A stretch of 56,000 nucleotides of DNA, from positions 1-56,000 of the forward strand of contig DOGZ01000010.1 of NCBI GenBank assembly GCA_003528115.1. The letters are read 5' to 3'. The notes under the pieces are model-generated. The model was not told the origin of the DNA. It saw only the letters and a list, made by a program, of their open reading frames with translations, and made no database searches. Positions 9,386-18,429 of this stretch are shown piece after piece. The stretch's first letter is position 1. Each line of letters begins with the position of its first letter. This DNA comes from Candidatus Omnitrophota bacterium. Its GTDB lineage: Bacteria; Omnitrophota; Gorgyraeia; Zapsychrales; Zapsychraceae. A program made the translations under genes and the position numbers.

Positions 9386-9559
9386 TTAAACTTCAACAAC
9401 AGTTTCGCGAAATTGTTTAATATGATGCAGGTCACGTTCATCATAAATACGCCAGCCCCGCCAATCCCGCTTGGCCCTTCTAACCTTACCTACCTTTTCC
9501 CATCGCACAATCGTTTTGGGGCTTATCCCAACGAGTTCCGCGACTTCTGTAATCGTCAT
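9386..9559 (-). CDS. Small MerR/excisionase-type HTH DNA-binding protein (DNA-binding domain only)
   Basis: MTITEVAELVGISPKTIVRWEKVGKV...WRIYDERDL matches the MerR-family HTH_17 signature; ORF as called extends to 9586 but the first Met fitting the family is at 9559. Confidence 0.5.
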   Translation of the reverse strand: MTITEVAELVGISPKTIVRWEKVGKVRRAKRDWRGWRIYDERDLHHIKQFRETVVEV

Positions 9560-10065
9560 TCGGTTGTTCACGTCCTCTCCTCCCATTTAGTCAAATTGAA
9601 CGGTCATCAATATCTTGTTAAAAAACAATAGAACAAATTCATCAATTTATCGATACCCTCTCCTAAAGCAAATACTATGCCAGTTACCGTAAAAGATTTT
9701 TATTAAAATAACCTCTTCAATTTGTTTAAATTCAAATGGTTATAGAAACCTCATAATTACCTAAATATTAACAGACACTACCTGTCTTAGGCGACGTTTA
9801 AAAGAATGAACATGTCTGTCCAGGACATACCAGGACAATAATATAACCACATTAATAACATCATGTTACATACTTGTTCATGTTTGTCATCACATCAGCG
9901 TTTCAATAATACAATATTCCATTATTACAAAGTAACCGCATTAAACGGATCAGAAATCTTATTTTAGGAAATAATTTTGACAATTTTCAGGTCAATATCC
10001 AAAATCATCCCGTCTGCTTATAAAATATTTGTTGACTCTGAATCGTTATGGTATACTTCTTGCGT

Positions 10066-11448
10066 ATGAAAATTAAAATTACCGCCTCTCAGATCCAAAA
10101 GCAAGTTCTGGCACCCTCCATGCAGCAGTCCATTGAGATCCTTCTGCTTCCTTTGATTGAGTTAAACACAGCCATTGAACTGGAACTGCAAGAAAATCCC
10201 CTGCTTGAAATCGTTGAGGACAGATCCATGACTTCCCAAAACCCCATCGAAGACCTTGTTAATCAAAATCTTAAACGCCTGAAAGATTCCGCTATAGATA
10301 ACAGTCAACCCGCTTATTTTTCCCAGGAGGAAGAAGACTCTGAAGAAAAGGAAATTACGCGCAGCGCGCCCCTTGAAGAATATCTTTTGCAACAACTGCG
10401 TATTGAAATCACAGACCTTCTGGACCTAAAGATTGGAGAATTCATCATCGGGAATCTGGATGAGGATGGTTTTTTCAGGATGAGTTGCGAGGAAACGGCC
10501 TTAATGCTCGGGCTGAAAAGCGCGGAAATTGTTGAACGGATCCTTCATACCATTCAAAACTTTGAGCCATTAGGCGTGGCGGCCAGAGATCTCAAAGAAT
10601 GTCTCACTGTTCAGGCCCATTTCAAATTTAACGACACCACCCGGGATCTCATTTGCAAAGTCATCAACGACCATCTTGAAGAATTGGGCCGCAAGAAATA
10701 CACCGAGATCGCGCGAAAATTAAAATTACCGTTAACTACCGTCAAGAAAATCACGCAAGAGATTGCCAGTCTGGAGCCAAGACCGGCCCGAAAATACAGG
10801 CCAACCGACACGAATATCTATGTCCGGGCCGACGTCACGATAACAAAGAATTCAGAGGGGGAGTACGAGGTCCGCATCAATAATGATTCTATTCCCCATT
10901 TACGCATCAATGCCTTTTATCAAAACATGCTGAAACAGCCCAATCGAACTCCGGAAGAAATAGAATTTATTCGGGAAAAAGTTAAGAACGGCATTCTTTT
11001 TATCAAGAGCATTGAACAACGGCATCAAACTATCCGAGACATCACCCACTATCTTGTGGCATATCAAAAAGATTTCCTGGAGAATGGCCCCCTCCAACTC
11101 AAACCCATGATCCTGAAAGACGTGGCGGATTCGATCGGAAGAAATGAGTCCACGGTCTGCCGGGCGATCAATAATAAATATGTGGAAACGCCTCAAGGAT
11201 TGTTTCCCATGAAATTCTTTTTTTCCCAAGCCTTGTCAGAGAACACGCAAGACGGTAAGTCCATCTCTAGCCGCAGCATTAAAGAGGAAATCAAGACGCT
11301 GATTGAAGAAGAAAATAAAGTCAATCCCTTATCCGACCAGGACATCCAAAACTATTTTAAAGAAAAAGGAATGCCCGTCGCCCGCCGGACCATCAGCAAG
11401 TACCGCCAAGCCATGCGGATCCTGCCTTCGCACTTGAGAAAAACATAA
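10066..11448 (+). CDS. rpoN: RNA polymerase sigma-54 factor
   Basis: N-terminal Gln/Leu-rich region I, core-binding region, C-terminal RpoN box (ARRTISKYRQAM); second in-frame ATG (10066) fits the canonical N-terminus better than 10048. Confidence 0.9.
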   Translation: MKIKITASQIQKQVLAPSMQQSIEILLLPLIELNTAIELELQENPLLEIVEDRSMTSQNPIEDLVNQNLKRLKDSAIDNSQPAYFSQEEEDSEEKEITRSAPLEEYLLQQLRIEITDLLDLKIGEFIIGNLDEDGFFRMSCEETALMLGLKSAEIVERILHTIQNFEPLGVAARDLKECLTVQAHFKFNDTTRDLICKVINDHLEELGRKKYTEIARKLKLPLTTVKKITQEIASLEPRPARKYRPTDTNIYVRADVTITKNSEGEYEVRINNDSIPHLRINAFYQNMLKQPNRTPEEIEFIREKVKNGILFIKSIEQRHQTIRDITHYLVAYQKDFLENGPLQLKPMILKDVADSIGRNESTVCRAINNKYVETPQGLFPMKFFFSQALSENTQDGKSISSRSIKEEIKTLIEEENKVNPLSDQDIQNYFKEKGMPVARRTISKYRQAMRILPSHLRKT

Positions 11449-11531
11449 CTGATTTTAGAAAAAGCCGACTATTTGCACCCTATAACGGTTCGATTGTCAG
11501 GATCGTTTGTAAAAGAATCGTAATTATAAAT

Positions 11532-11556
11532 GCCGAGACAACCAGTTGGACTCGGG
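11532..11556. terminator. Candidate bidirectional hairpin between convergent rpoN and cupin genes
   Basis: GCCGAGACAACCAGTTGGACTCGGGC inverted repeat; weak flanking U-tracts. Confidence 0.3.
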
Positions 11557-11651
11557 CAGTGTTTGTGGAACCGATACGGCGGCGTTTACAATAATGAAGA
11601 GAGAAACAATAGCAACTATCTATGAATTTCTTGTCATGTCAATCTTCCTAC

Positions 11652-12008
11652 TCACTCGGCCCTTTTATAATCATCCTCCAACCGAATAATGTCGTCTTCC
11701 GAAAGATGGTCTCCGCACGCGACTTCTATGAACACAAGATTCTCATGGCCGGTGTTGGCAATTCGATGGATGGCGCCTAGCGGAACATCGATGACCGCCC
11801 CGGGCCCAACACCAACATCCTTTCCATCCAGCGTCACTAAACCTTTGCCTTTAATAATATTCCACTTCTCCGACCGGTGCAGGTGCTTTTGAAGACTAAG
11901 ACGCTTGCCAGGATTAACCTCCACCCTCTTGACCCAAAACCCCGACTCATGAAGGAATTTAATATAATGTCCCCACGGACGTTCTGAAGCATTGATATTG
12001 ATGTCCAT
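11652..12008 (-). CDS. Cupin-domain protein (mannose-6-phosphate isomerase type II C-terminal cupin-like)
   Basis: 118-aa ORF; GxHRIxNxGxExLVFIEV cupin motifs. Confidence 0.7.
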   Translation of the reverse strand: MDININASERPWGHYIKFLHESGFWVKRVEVNPGKRLSLQKHLHRSEKWNIIKGKGLVTLDGKDVGVGPGAVIDVPLGAIHRIANTGHENLVFIEVACGDHLSEDDIIRLEDDYKRAE

Positions 12009-12131
12009 AGTAAAGTTTCCTTATTTTTCGAAATTCCAGCGTAAGTATACCATATAAGTTTTTTCCCTGAGAAGGGCTTAAGAAAATTTCTGGCACATGG
12101 CGCGCACGGCTATAAACCATGGGCAATCTGC

Positions 12132-13235
12132 TCATCCTTGAGGTACCATTGCCCTGTAAATCCGATCATAGTTACGAGCTTCGACGTCTAAACTAAATTT
12201 CTCTTGAAACCGTTTTCTCCCGGAGGTTCCCATCGAAGCGATCAACGCCGGATTAGCGTGGAGTCTTTTGAGCGCGGATTCGATCCTTTCTGGAAATCCG
12301 CAGGGGACAAGATATCCCGTCTGTTCGTCAACCACGACTTCCCGATGCTCCGCGATGTTCGTCGTCACAACAGGTTTTCCTGCCGCCATCGCCTTTAAAA
12401 TCCATACGGAATCCACCGGCCTGAACGCGAGACGCGCGAAAACGTCAAAGACATCCAACAAACGATCCACCTCTTTATGTTCCTGAAACATTTTTACGGA
12501 ATCGGCAAGATGAAGATCCTGAACTAATGCGCGCAGTTCCTGGAACAAAGGCCCTTGGCCGACTATAACCAATTCGGCATTAACTTCCTTTCTGACCAAC
12601 CGATGAAAGGCCTTGAACAAGGTCGCCTGATCGTTTTCTTTAGTCAGGGGATCGATATTACCGATAACAAAACTGTCTTTCTTAAGGCCGAACCCGGCAC
12701 GGAGCATCATGTTCTCTTCTCTATTTAAGGGCATCCCGCTCTTCCCTATTTCAATACCATCATAAATAACTTCTATCTCCTTAAAACGTATACCGGTTCT
12801 CCGAAGAAGATTTCTTTGAATCCCTTCCGAGGCGCAAATCATTCTCTCATTAAGCATCAGCCCCGAAGCCGGTAGACGTTTGTGAGGAATTGAGTGAAGA
12901 GTATGAATCGACTTACAACCGACCCACTTTGCCGCCACGGATCCAAAGACCCAAGACTCAAAACTATGCGTATGAATAACAGCCGCCTTCTCCCGCCGGA
13001 TTAATTGAACCAGATGGATAAACGCTTTTAAATCAAAACCGCATCTTCGATTAACCGTAAAACATTTTCCCCGGGCTTTCTTGAAAAGCTCAGACTCACG
13101 CGTCTTTTCCGATATCAGAAGAACCGCTGATTCTATCCCCAGAGAGGTTAACTTATCCGAAAGGCCGAGAACAAATTCTTCTATCTCCGCTGTCGATGGG
13201 TGAAGGATATGAATAACTTTAAGAGGGTTGTTCAT
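12132..13235 (-). CDS. Glycosyltransferase family 4
   Basis: 367-aa ORF with GT4 C-terminal EX7E-type region (VVTTNIAEHREVVVDEQTGYLV). Confidence 0.8.
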   Translation of the reverse strand: MNNPLKVIHILHPSTAEIEEFVLGLSDKLTSLGIESAVLLISEKTRESELFKKARGKCFTVNRRCGFDLKAFIHLVQLIRREKAAVIHTHSFESWVFGSVAAKWVGCKSIHTLHSIPHKRLPASGLMLNERMICASEGIQRNLLRRTGIRFKEIEVIYDGIEIGKSGMPLNREENMMLRAGFGLKKDSFVIGNIDPLTKENDQATLFKAFHRLVRKEVNAELVIVGQGPLFQELRALVQDLHLADSVKMFQEHKEVDRLLDVFDVFARLAFRPVDSVWILKAMAAGKPVVTTNIAEHREVVVDEQTGYLVPCGFPERIESALKRLHANPALIASMGTSGRKRFQEKFSLDVEARNYDRIYRAMVPQG

Positions 13236-13268
13236 TTCTTAATGGAATGGAGGAGGGTGACACCGCCT

Positions 13269-13367
13269 GCTACTGCGCCGTCATATTAATTGTTAATAGA
13301 TATTCTCAGAAAAGGCGCAGTGCTGTACTGTGTTCCCCTATTAACAATTAAAATGACACAGTACTAC
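13269..13367 (+). repeat. Structured intergenic repeat element, copy A
   Basis: Box1 ACTGCGCC pairs with Box2 GGCGCAGT; hairpin GTACTGTGT...ACACAGTAC with conserved TTAACAATTAA loop. Confidence 0.7.
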
Positions 13368-13762
13368 CCTAATCTCTTCTGAATGGCATTTATAAGCATC
13401 TGGGATTTTGTCTCATCCCCGAAGACACCGATACGAATAGTGATCTTCGAAGAACGTTCCGTCAGGGCGTTGATGTGAATCTTGACTCTCTTTCCATCAT
13501 CGAATTCTGCCTTGATAAAAGTCGAATGAACATCATTTTTCTCTTCCCTGACAAACATCTTTAAGTCTTTCAAACCTTTCAGGGTAGCCCGATGCACCTC
13601 TTTAACAGAATGGTCAAAGTTTTTCTCTAACGCCCCTTTCACGTACGTGACCCCGCCGACACCCGCCGCGGCCCCGACAAGCAGGGGAACACAACCGGCA
13701 CTCGAGAGGATAAAAAAAGTTAATAAAAACGAGAGACCTGTCTTATGGATGTTCGCGGCCAT
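13364..13762 (-). CDS. DUF3568-family lipoprotein
   Basis: 132-aa ORF, lipobox (SSAGC), C-terminal ITIRIGVFGDETKSQMLINAIQKRL matches the DUF3568 pattern. Confidence 0.6.
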   Translation of the reverse strand: MAANIHKTGLSFLLTFFILSSAGCVPLLVGAAAGVGGVTYVKGALEKNFDHSVKEVHRATLKGLKDLKMFVREEKNDVHSTFIKAEFDDGKRVKIHINALTERSSKITIRIGVFGDETKSQMLINAIQKRLG

Positions 13763-13779
13763 GGGTGTATTCCTTTCAA

Positions 13780-15060
13780 TTAAGGTTTAAAAAACTTTTT
13801 AAGTTCATCTAACAACGTTCGTAAATCCGCTTTGGTATGCATGCCTGAAACGAAGAAGGCTTCAAGATCTGCCGGCGGCCAATAAATCCCGGCCTTCAAT
13901 AAATGATGAAATAATCGGCCGTACCGATCTCCGCCGGCGGCCTGAAGAGCGTCCTCATAGTCCAATACTTGCTCGCGTCGAAAACGGATACTCATCATGG
14001 ATTTATACCGGGACAAGTGAACGGCGATGTCATTTTCTTCAAAGTACCTGTTAGCGGACGCGGCAAAGGTTTCACATTTACTATTTAACGTCCGGTAAAA
14101 ATCCTGAGTTAATACTCTGAGCGCGGCCAGCCCGGCCTTCATCACTACGGGACTTCCCGAGAATGTCCCTGCCTGATAAACGCCACCCAGCGGCGCGAGA
14201 TGCCGCATAATATCTTTTCTCCCTCCGTACGCGCCAATCGGGAATCCACCGCCGATGATCTTCCCCAGACACGTCATATCCGGGATGATGTTGACCTCCG
14301 ACTGAAAACAGCCGGCACTGAAACGAAAACCCGTCATGATCTCATCAAAGATCAGGACCATATTATGCTTCTTGGTCAATTCCTTTAAGGCTTTTAAAAA
14401 ATCCACCGTGGCCGGGACGACTCCCATGTTGCCGGCTACAGGTTCAATAATCACACAGGCAATCTTATCCTTATATTGCGTCAGTGTTTTCTCCAGCATA
14501 GCGATATTGTTATAAGGAAGGCTTAACGTATTTTCGATATGGGTCTTGGGTATACCGAGGCTGGAAGATTCTTTTAACTGGGCCACCCCGGATCCGGCCT
14601 TAGTCAGGAGATCATCGAAATGTCCGTGATAACATCCGTCGAATTTGACAAGCATTTCTCTTTTTGTAAAACCGCGCGCCAACCGGATCGCGCTCATCGT
14701 GGCCTCAGTCCCGGAATTCACAAAACGGATCAAATCCATGGACGGGACACATTTGACAATATGCTTAGCGATGTCAATTTCCGCCGCCGTCGTTGTCCCA
14801 AAACTTGCCCCTTTTTCAACCGCCTTCTTGGCGGCCAGGACCACATGACGATGCGCATGGCCTAATATCGAAGCCCCCCAAGACAGGCAATAATCGGTAA
14901 AGGCGTTGTTATCATAATCGAATAACTTGGCGCCACGGCCGTATTTCATCACCAACGGATGGCCGCCGACCCCGTTGAAAGAGCGCACGGGACTGTTGAC
15001 CCCGCCGACCATCACTTCTTGAGCTTGCGTGAAAAATTTATTGGAATGGGTTGTTTGCAT
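13780..15060 (-). CDS. hemL: Glutamate-1-semialdehyde 2,1-aminomutase
   Basis: 426-aa class-III aminotransferase with HemL N-terminus (QEVMVGGVNSPVRSF). Confidence 0.9.
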   Translation of the reverse strand: MQTTHSNKFFTQAQEVMVGGVNSPVRSFNGVGGHPLVMKYGRGAKLFDYDNNAFTDYCLSWGASILGHAHRHVVLAAKKAVEKGASFGTTTAAEIDIAKHIVKCVPSMDLIRFVNSGTEATMSAIRLARGFTKREMLVKFDGCYHGHFDDLLTKAGSGVAQLKESSSLGIPKTHIENTLSLPYNNIAMLEKTLTQYKDKIACVIIEPVAGNMGVVPATVDFLKALKELTKKHNMVLIFDEIMTGFRFSAGCFQSEVNIIPDMTCLGKIIGGGFPIGAYGGRKDIMRHLAPLGGVYQAGTFSGSPVVMKAGLAALRVLTQDFYRTLNSKCETFAASANRYFEENDIAVHLSRYKSMMSIRFRREQVLDYEDALQAAGGDRYGRLFHHLLKAGIYWPPADLEAFFVSGMHTKADLRTLLDELKKFFKP

Positions 15061-15183
15061 GGGATTTCCTTACCTGATTCTTTTTACTGACTTCCGCAAA
15101 AGTAATGAAACACTATGGTAGTCAGTATCTCGACCTCCGTCCGCTCGATGGTTCAATTCTATTACTTGTGCGGAGGTCAATAC

Positions 15184-16143
15184 TCATCCGATCCATTGTA
15201 AAACTTCACGCGCGTAATACGTAATGATGATATCCGCGCCGGCCCTTTTCATAGCCGTGAGACTCTCCAGAACGACATCTTTTTCATTAATCCAGTTCTT
15301 CGCCGCGGCGGCCTTGATCATAGAGTATTCCCCGCTGACACTATAAGCGGCAAGAGGGGTTGTGAGTTCTTTGCGCAGAAGAGCGATAACATCCAAATAG
15401 GCCAGCGCCGGCTTCACCATGATCATATCCGCCCCTTCCATCACATCCTGCCGGGCCTCCTTTAAAGCCTCCCGCTGATTGGCGTAGTCCATTTGATAAG
15501 TTTTACGATCTCCAAACTGAGGTGAGGAGTCTGCGGCCTCCCGAAAGGGGCCGTAAAAAGAGGAACTGTATTTAACCGCATACGATAGAATGCCGACATC
15601 CAAAAATCCGTTCTTATCCAAACCTTCACGGATGTGGCGTACCCTGAAGTCCATCATATCGGACGGGGCCACGATATCACTGCCGGCCTCGGCATGGGAA
15701 ACCGCGATCTTCCCTAATAACGCAAGTGTCTTTTCATTATCGACGACCTGATCTTCGATCACACCGCAATGCCCGTGATCCATGTAACCGCACAAACAGA
15801 TATCCGTGATGACCAAAAATTCCGGAAAGGCTTTCTTGATAGCCTTGACGGCATTTTGAACCACCCCTCTTGAGGCATATGCCTGACTGCCGAGATTGTC
15901 TTTTCTTTCAGGGATGCCGAAAAATAAACCGGCTTTTCCTCCGACGTTGATATATTCTTCAATAGCCTTAAGTAACAAATCTGTTGAATGACGAAAAATT
16001 CCCGGCATGGACGCGATCATCCCTTTTTTGTTCTTGCCTTCAACAACAAAAAAAGGCTGAATCACATCATTCGGCGTGAGAATCGTCTCTCGGACAAGTT
16101 GACGCATGGCGTCAGTTTTTCTTAAGCGACGGAAACGTCCCAT
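15184..16143 (-). CDS. hemB: Porphobilinogen synthase (delta-aminolevulinate dehydratase)
   Basis: 319-aa ORF with ALAD active-site regions. Confidence 0.9.
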   Translation of the reverse strand: MGRFRRLRKTDAMRQLVRETILTPNDVIQPFFVVEGKNKKGMIASMPGIFRHSTDLLLKAIEEYINVGGKAGLFFGIPERKDNLGSQAYASRGVVQNAVKAIKKAFPEFLVITDICLCGYMDHGHCGVIEDQVVDNEKTLALLGKIAVSHAEAGSDIVAPSDMMDFRVRHIREGLDKNGFLDVGILSYAVKYSSSFYGPFREAADSSPQFGDRKTYQMDYANQREALKEARQDVMEGADMIMVKPALAYLDVIALLRKELTTPLAAYSVSGEYSMIKAAAAKNWINEKDVVLESLTAMKRAGADIIITYYAREVLQWIG

Positions 16144-16185
16144 ATAAATATTTCCCTTTCATCGATTTTTTGAAACCTTAACTCC

Positions 16186-18282
16186 CTATCCCTCAATCAG
16201 GCTGAACGATTCATAACCGGCCTCTTGTAAACATCTTCTTGTCACCGGCCCCTTACTCAGGATTTCCCAAATTGGGGGGATTATATCATAGTCCCTGAGA
16301 AAATTCTTTACTGTTGATGGACTTGTAAACAGAATCTTGTCAATACGTCCTTCCGGCATGTTTCTTTTTTCCGGCTTGATATTTTGATACACGGCCAATT
16401 CGTCGACACTGGCCCCCCATTTTGTTAACTCATTTTTTAAATACGGATTCGGCAAAGAGGAGCGCGGGAACAATATCCTTTTTCCTTTCACGTCATATTC
16501 TTGAAGGATTTTCTGAAAAAGCCCCTCGCCGGTCTCGATTTCGGCGAGAATAAGAGGTTCAAAATCGTAAACGGCCAGGGCTTGGGCTGTATCTTTCCCG
16601 ATAACAATAAAATCCGTTGAGCGCAAACTGAAAACGGGCCAATGTTCATGAGTCAGGATTTCAAAAAAATATTTGACCGCAAAACGGCTGGTAAAAATAA
16701 TGGCTTGGTATTCATGCAAGCGCGCGGTCAAGCGATCAACCACACCTTTCTCCAAGTACGCCGGCTTAATCTCAATCATCGGAAAATGAACGATCTCCCC
16801 GAAAGACGTATATTTCTCCGGATTAGTTCCAGTATAAAGAATCCGTTCTTTCTTCAAAGCTTCCTTCTTAAGAAATTGGATCGTTGGACCGGCAACAATT
16901 AAAGCCGGCGGCTTAAGTCCTTTCTCTTCCACTTTCTTTGCAATGTCCCCCAATCGCCCTGAAACGATTTCTTCATCGGCACGCGTCCCTTTGGAAACTA
17001 CCATTATCAGGCTGTCCTGGGACCACCCCGCCTCTCTGAGAGAGTCAACGATACTCGCCAAACGCGTCAACCCCATCAAGAAAACAACGGTATCCGCCTT
17101 CGGGATTTTCATGATTTCCGTGGACATCTTCCCCTCCTGCTCAGCGCTGACATGAGAGCCTTCTTCATCATCAGCGGCCAGGTGACCGCTTAAGAAAGCC
17201 ACGGAAGACGATAGCCCGCGGGCCGTCAGAGGTATGTTTAAAGACGACGGGATGGCTGTGGCCGAACTCAATCCCGGGATCACCTGCACATCGACATGAT
17301 AACTGCGCAGGTAAGTTATTTCATCCGCCCCACGACCAAAGACGAGCGGATCCCCCCCTTTAAGACGGACAACAATCTTTCCGGCCATGGCCTTTTGCCG
17401 TAAGAGCTTGTTCAGCTCTGGTTGCGGCATGACCTGAGAACCTTTTCTTTTACCCACATAAATTTTTTCAGCTTTCCGAGCGTAATCCAATAAATTTTGA
17501 TGCGCCAAGTAATCGTAAAAGACACAATCCGCCTCTTTAAGGATTTTGACTCCTTTAACGGTTATCAATTCAGGATCGCCGGGCCCGGCGCCGACAAGAT
17601 AAACTTTTCCAAAAGATTTTCGGACATCAATCAACGCAAAAAGCTGATGCCATCTAAAATCCTTACGCCTACCGACAACAGCCAATTGCCCCTGCAAGGG
17701 TGCCGCTTCCCAAGGCATGATTTCTCGAATATAACGCGTAAGTCCCAACCGCCTCAAGGCCACGGTAGCCACAATAATTCCATCGACTTTCCCCTGTTCC
17801 ACTAAATCAAGCCGTTCTTGAATGGTCCCCCGGATATCACAGACGTGAACGCGCGGATTAAATTTTTTGATTTCATTTTGACGGATAAGACTGCTTGTCC
17901 CCACCTTGGCCCCAGAGGGCAATTCACTCAATGGCATCTTACCGACAAAGACGTCGGTCTCATCCAGACTTTTCGTTAAGGCCCAGATACACAAATCTTC
18001 CCTTAATATCTGCGGGAGATCTTTAGCGCTGTGGACAGCTATGTCGATTTCTCCTCTGATCAGGGCCGCGTCCAGGGCGTCCGTAAAAAAATCATCCGCC
18101 ACATTTTGTGTCAAAGGTGTTACTTTGTCCCTGTCCCCTCCGGTTTGATAGGTATAACGCTCCTCGGAAATCCGAACCCCTTTCTCGGCTAGTAAGGAAA
18201 GGATCTCATCAATCTGGACCAAAGCCAGAGAACTCCCTCGGGAGCCGATCCTGATCTTTTGTTGAACATTTATCTCTGCCAT
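16186..18282 (-). CDS. Fusion protein: N-terminal HemC-like (domains 1-2 only), uroporphyrinogen-III C-methyltransferase (CobA/SUMT), uroporphyrinogen-III synthase (HemD)
   Basis: aa 1-215 HemC-like (KIRIGSRGSSLALVQ); aa 225-470 SUMT motifs VYLVGAGPGDPELIT, GGDPLVFGRGADE, VIPGLSSA; aa 475-698 HemD-like. Confidence 0.85.
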   Translation of the reverse strand: MAEINVQQKIRIGSRGSSLALVQIDEILSLLAEKGVRISEERYTYQTGGDRDKVTPLTQNVADDFFTDALDAALIRGEIDIAVHSAKDLPQILREDLCIWALTKSLDETDVFVGKMPLSELPSGAKVGTSSLIRQNEIKKFNPRVHVCDIRGTIQERLDLVEQGKVDGIIVATVALRRLGLTRYIREIMPWEAAPLQGQLAVVGRRKDFRWHQLFALIDVRKSFGKVYLVGAGPGDPELITVKGVKILKEADCVFYDYLAHQNLLDYARKAEKIYVGKRKGSQVMPQPELNKLLRQKAMAGKIVVRLKGGDPLVFGRGADEITYLRSYHVDVQVIPGLSSATAIPSSLNIPLTARGLSSSVAFLSGHLAADDEEGSHVSAEQEGKMSTEIMKIPKADTVVFLMGLTRLASIVDSLREAGWSQDSLIMVVSKGTRADEEIVSGRLGDIAKKVEEKGLKPPALIVAGPTIQFLKKEALKKERILYTGTNPEKYTSFGEIVHFPMIEIKPAYLEKGVVDRLTARLHEYQAIIFTSRFAVKYFFEILTHEHWPVFSLRSTDFIVIGKDTAQALAVYDFEPLILAEIETGEGLFQKILQEYDVKGKRILFPRSSLPNPYLKNELTKWGASVDELAVYQNIKPEKRNMPEGRIDKILFTSPSTVKNFLRDYDIIPPIWEILSKGPVTRRCLQEAGYESFSLIEG

Positions 18283-18429
18283 TTTCTAATTTCCTTTTTT
18301 CCAACTTCCTTTGCCGACACCTCAACCCCTTTGTTTCCCCAATTCACGCTCAATCATGTTCACATCTCTTGTGAACACAGACCAAAGAAATAGCGATCTG
18401 TTCGTTACAGGATATTAATAGACGGGGAT

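Noticed and set aside
9977-10047. Specific promoter call for rpoN (TTGACT-N14-TATACT)
   Set aside because: Spacer too short and several alternative AT-rich hexamers are present. Left as an unassigned AT-rich upstream region
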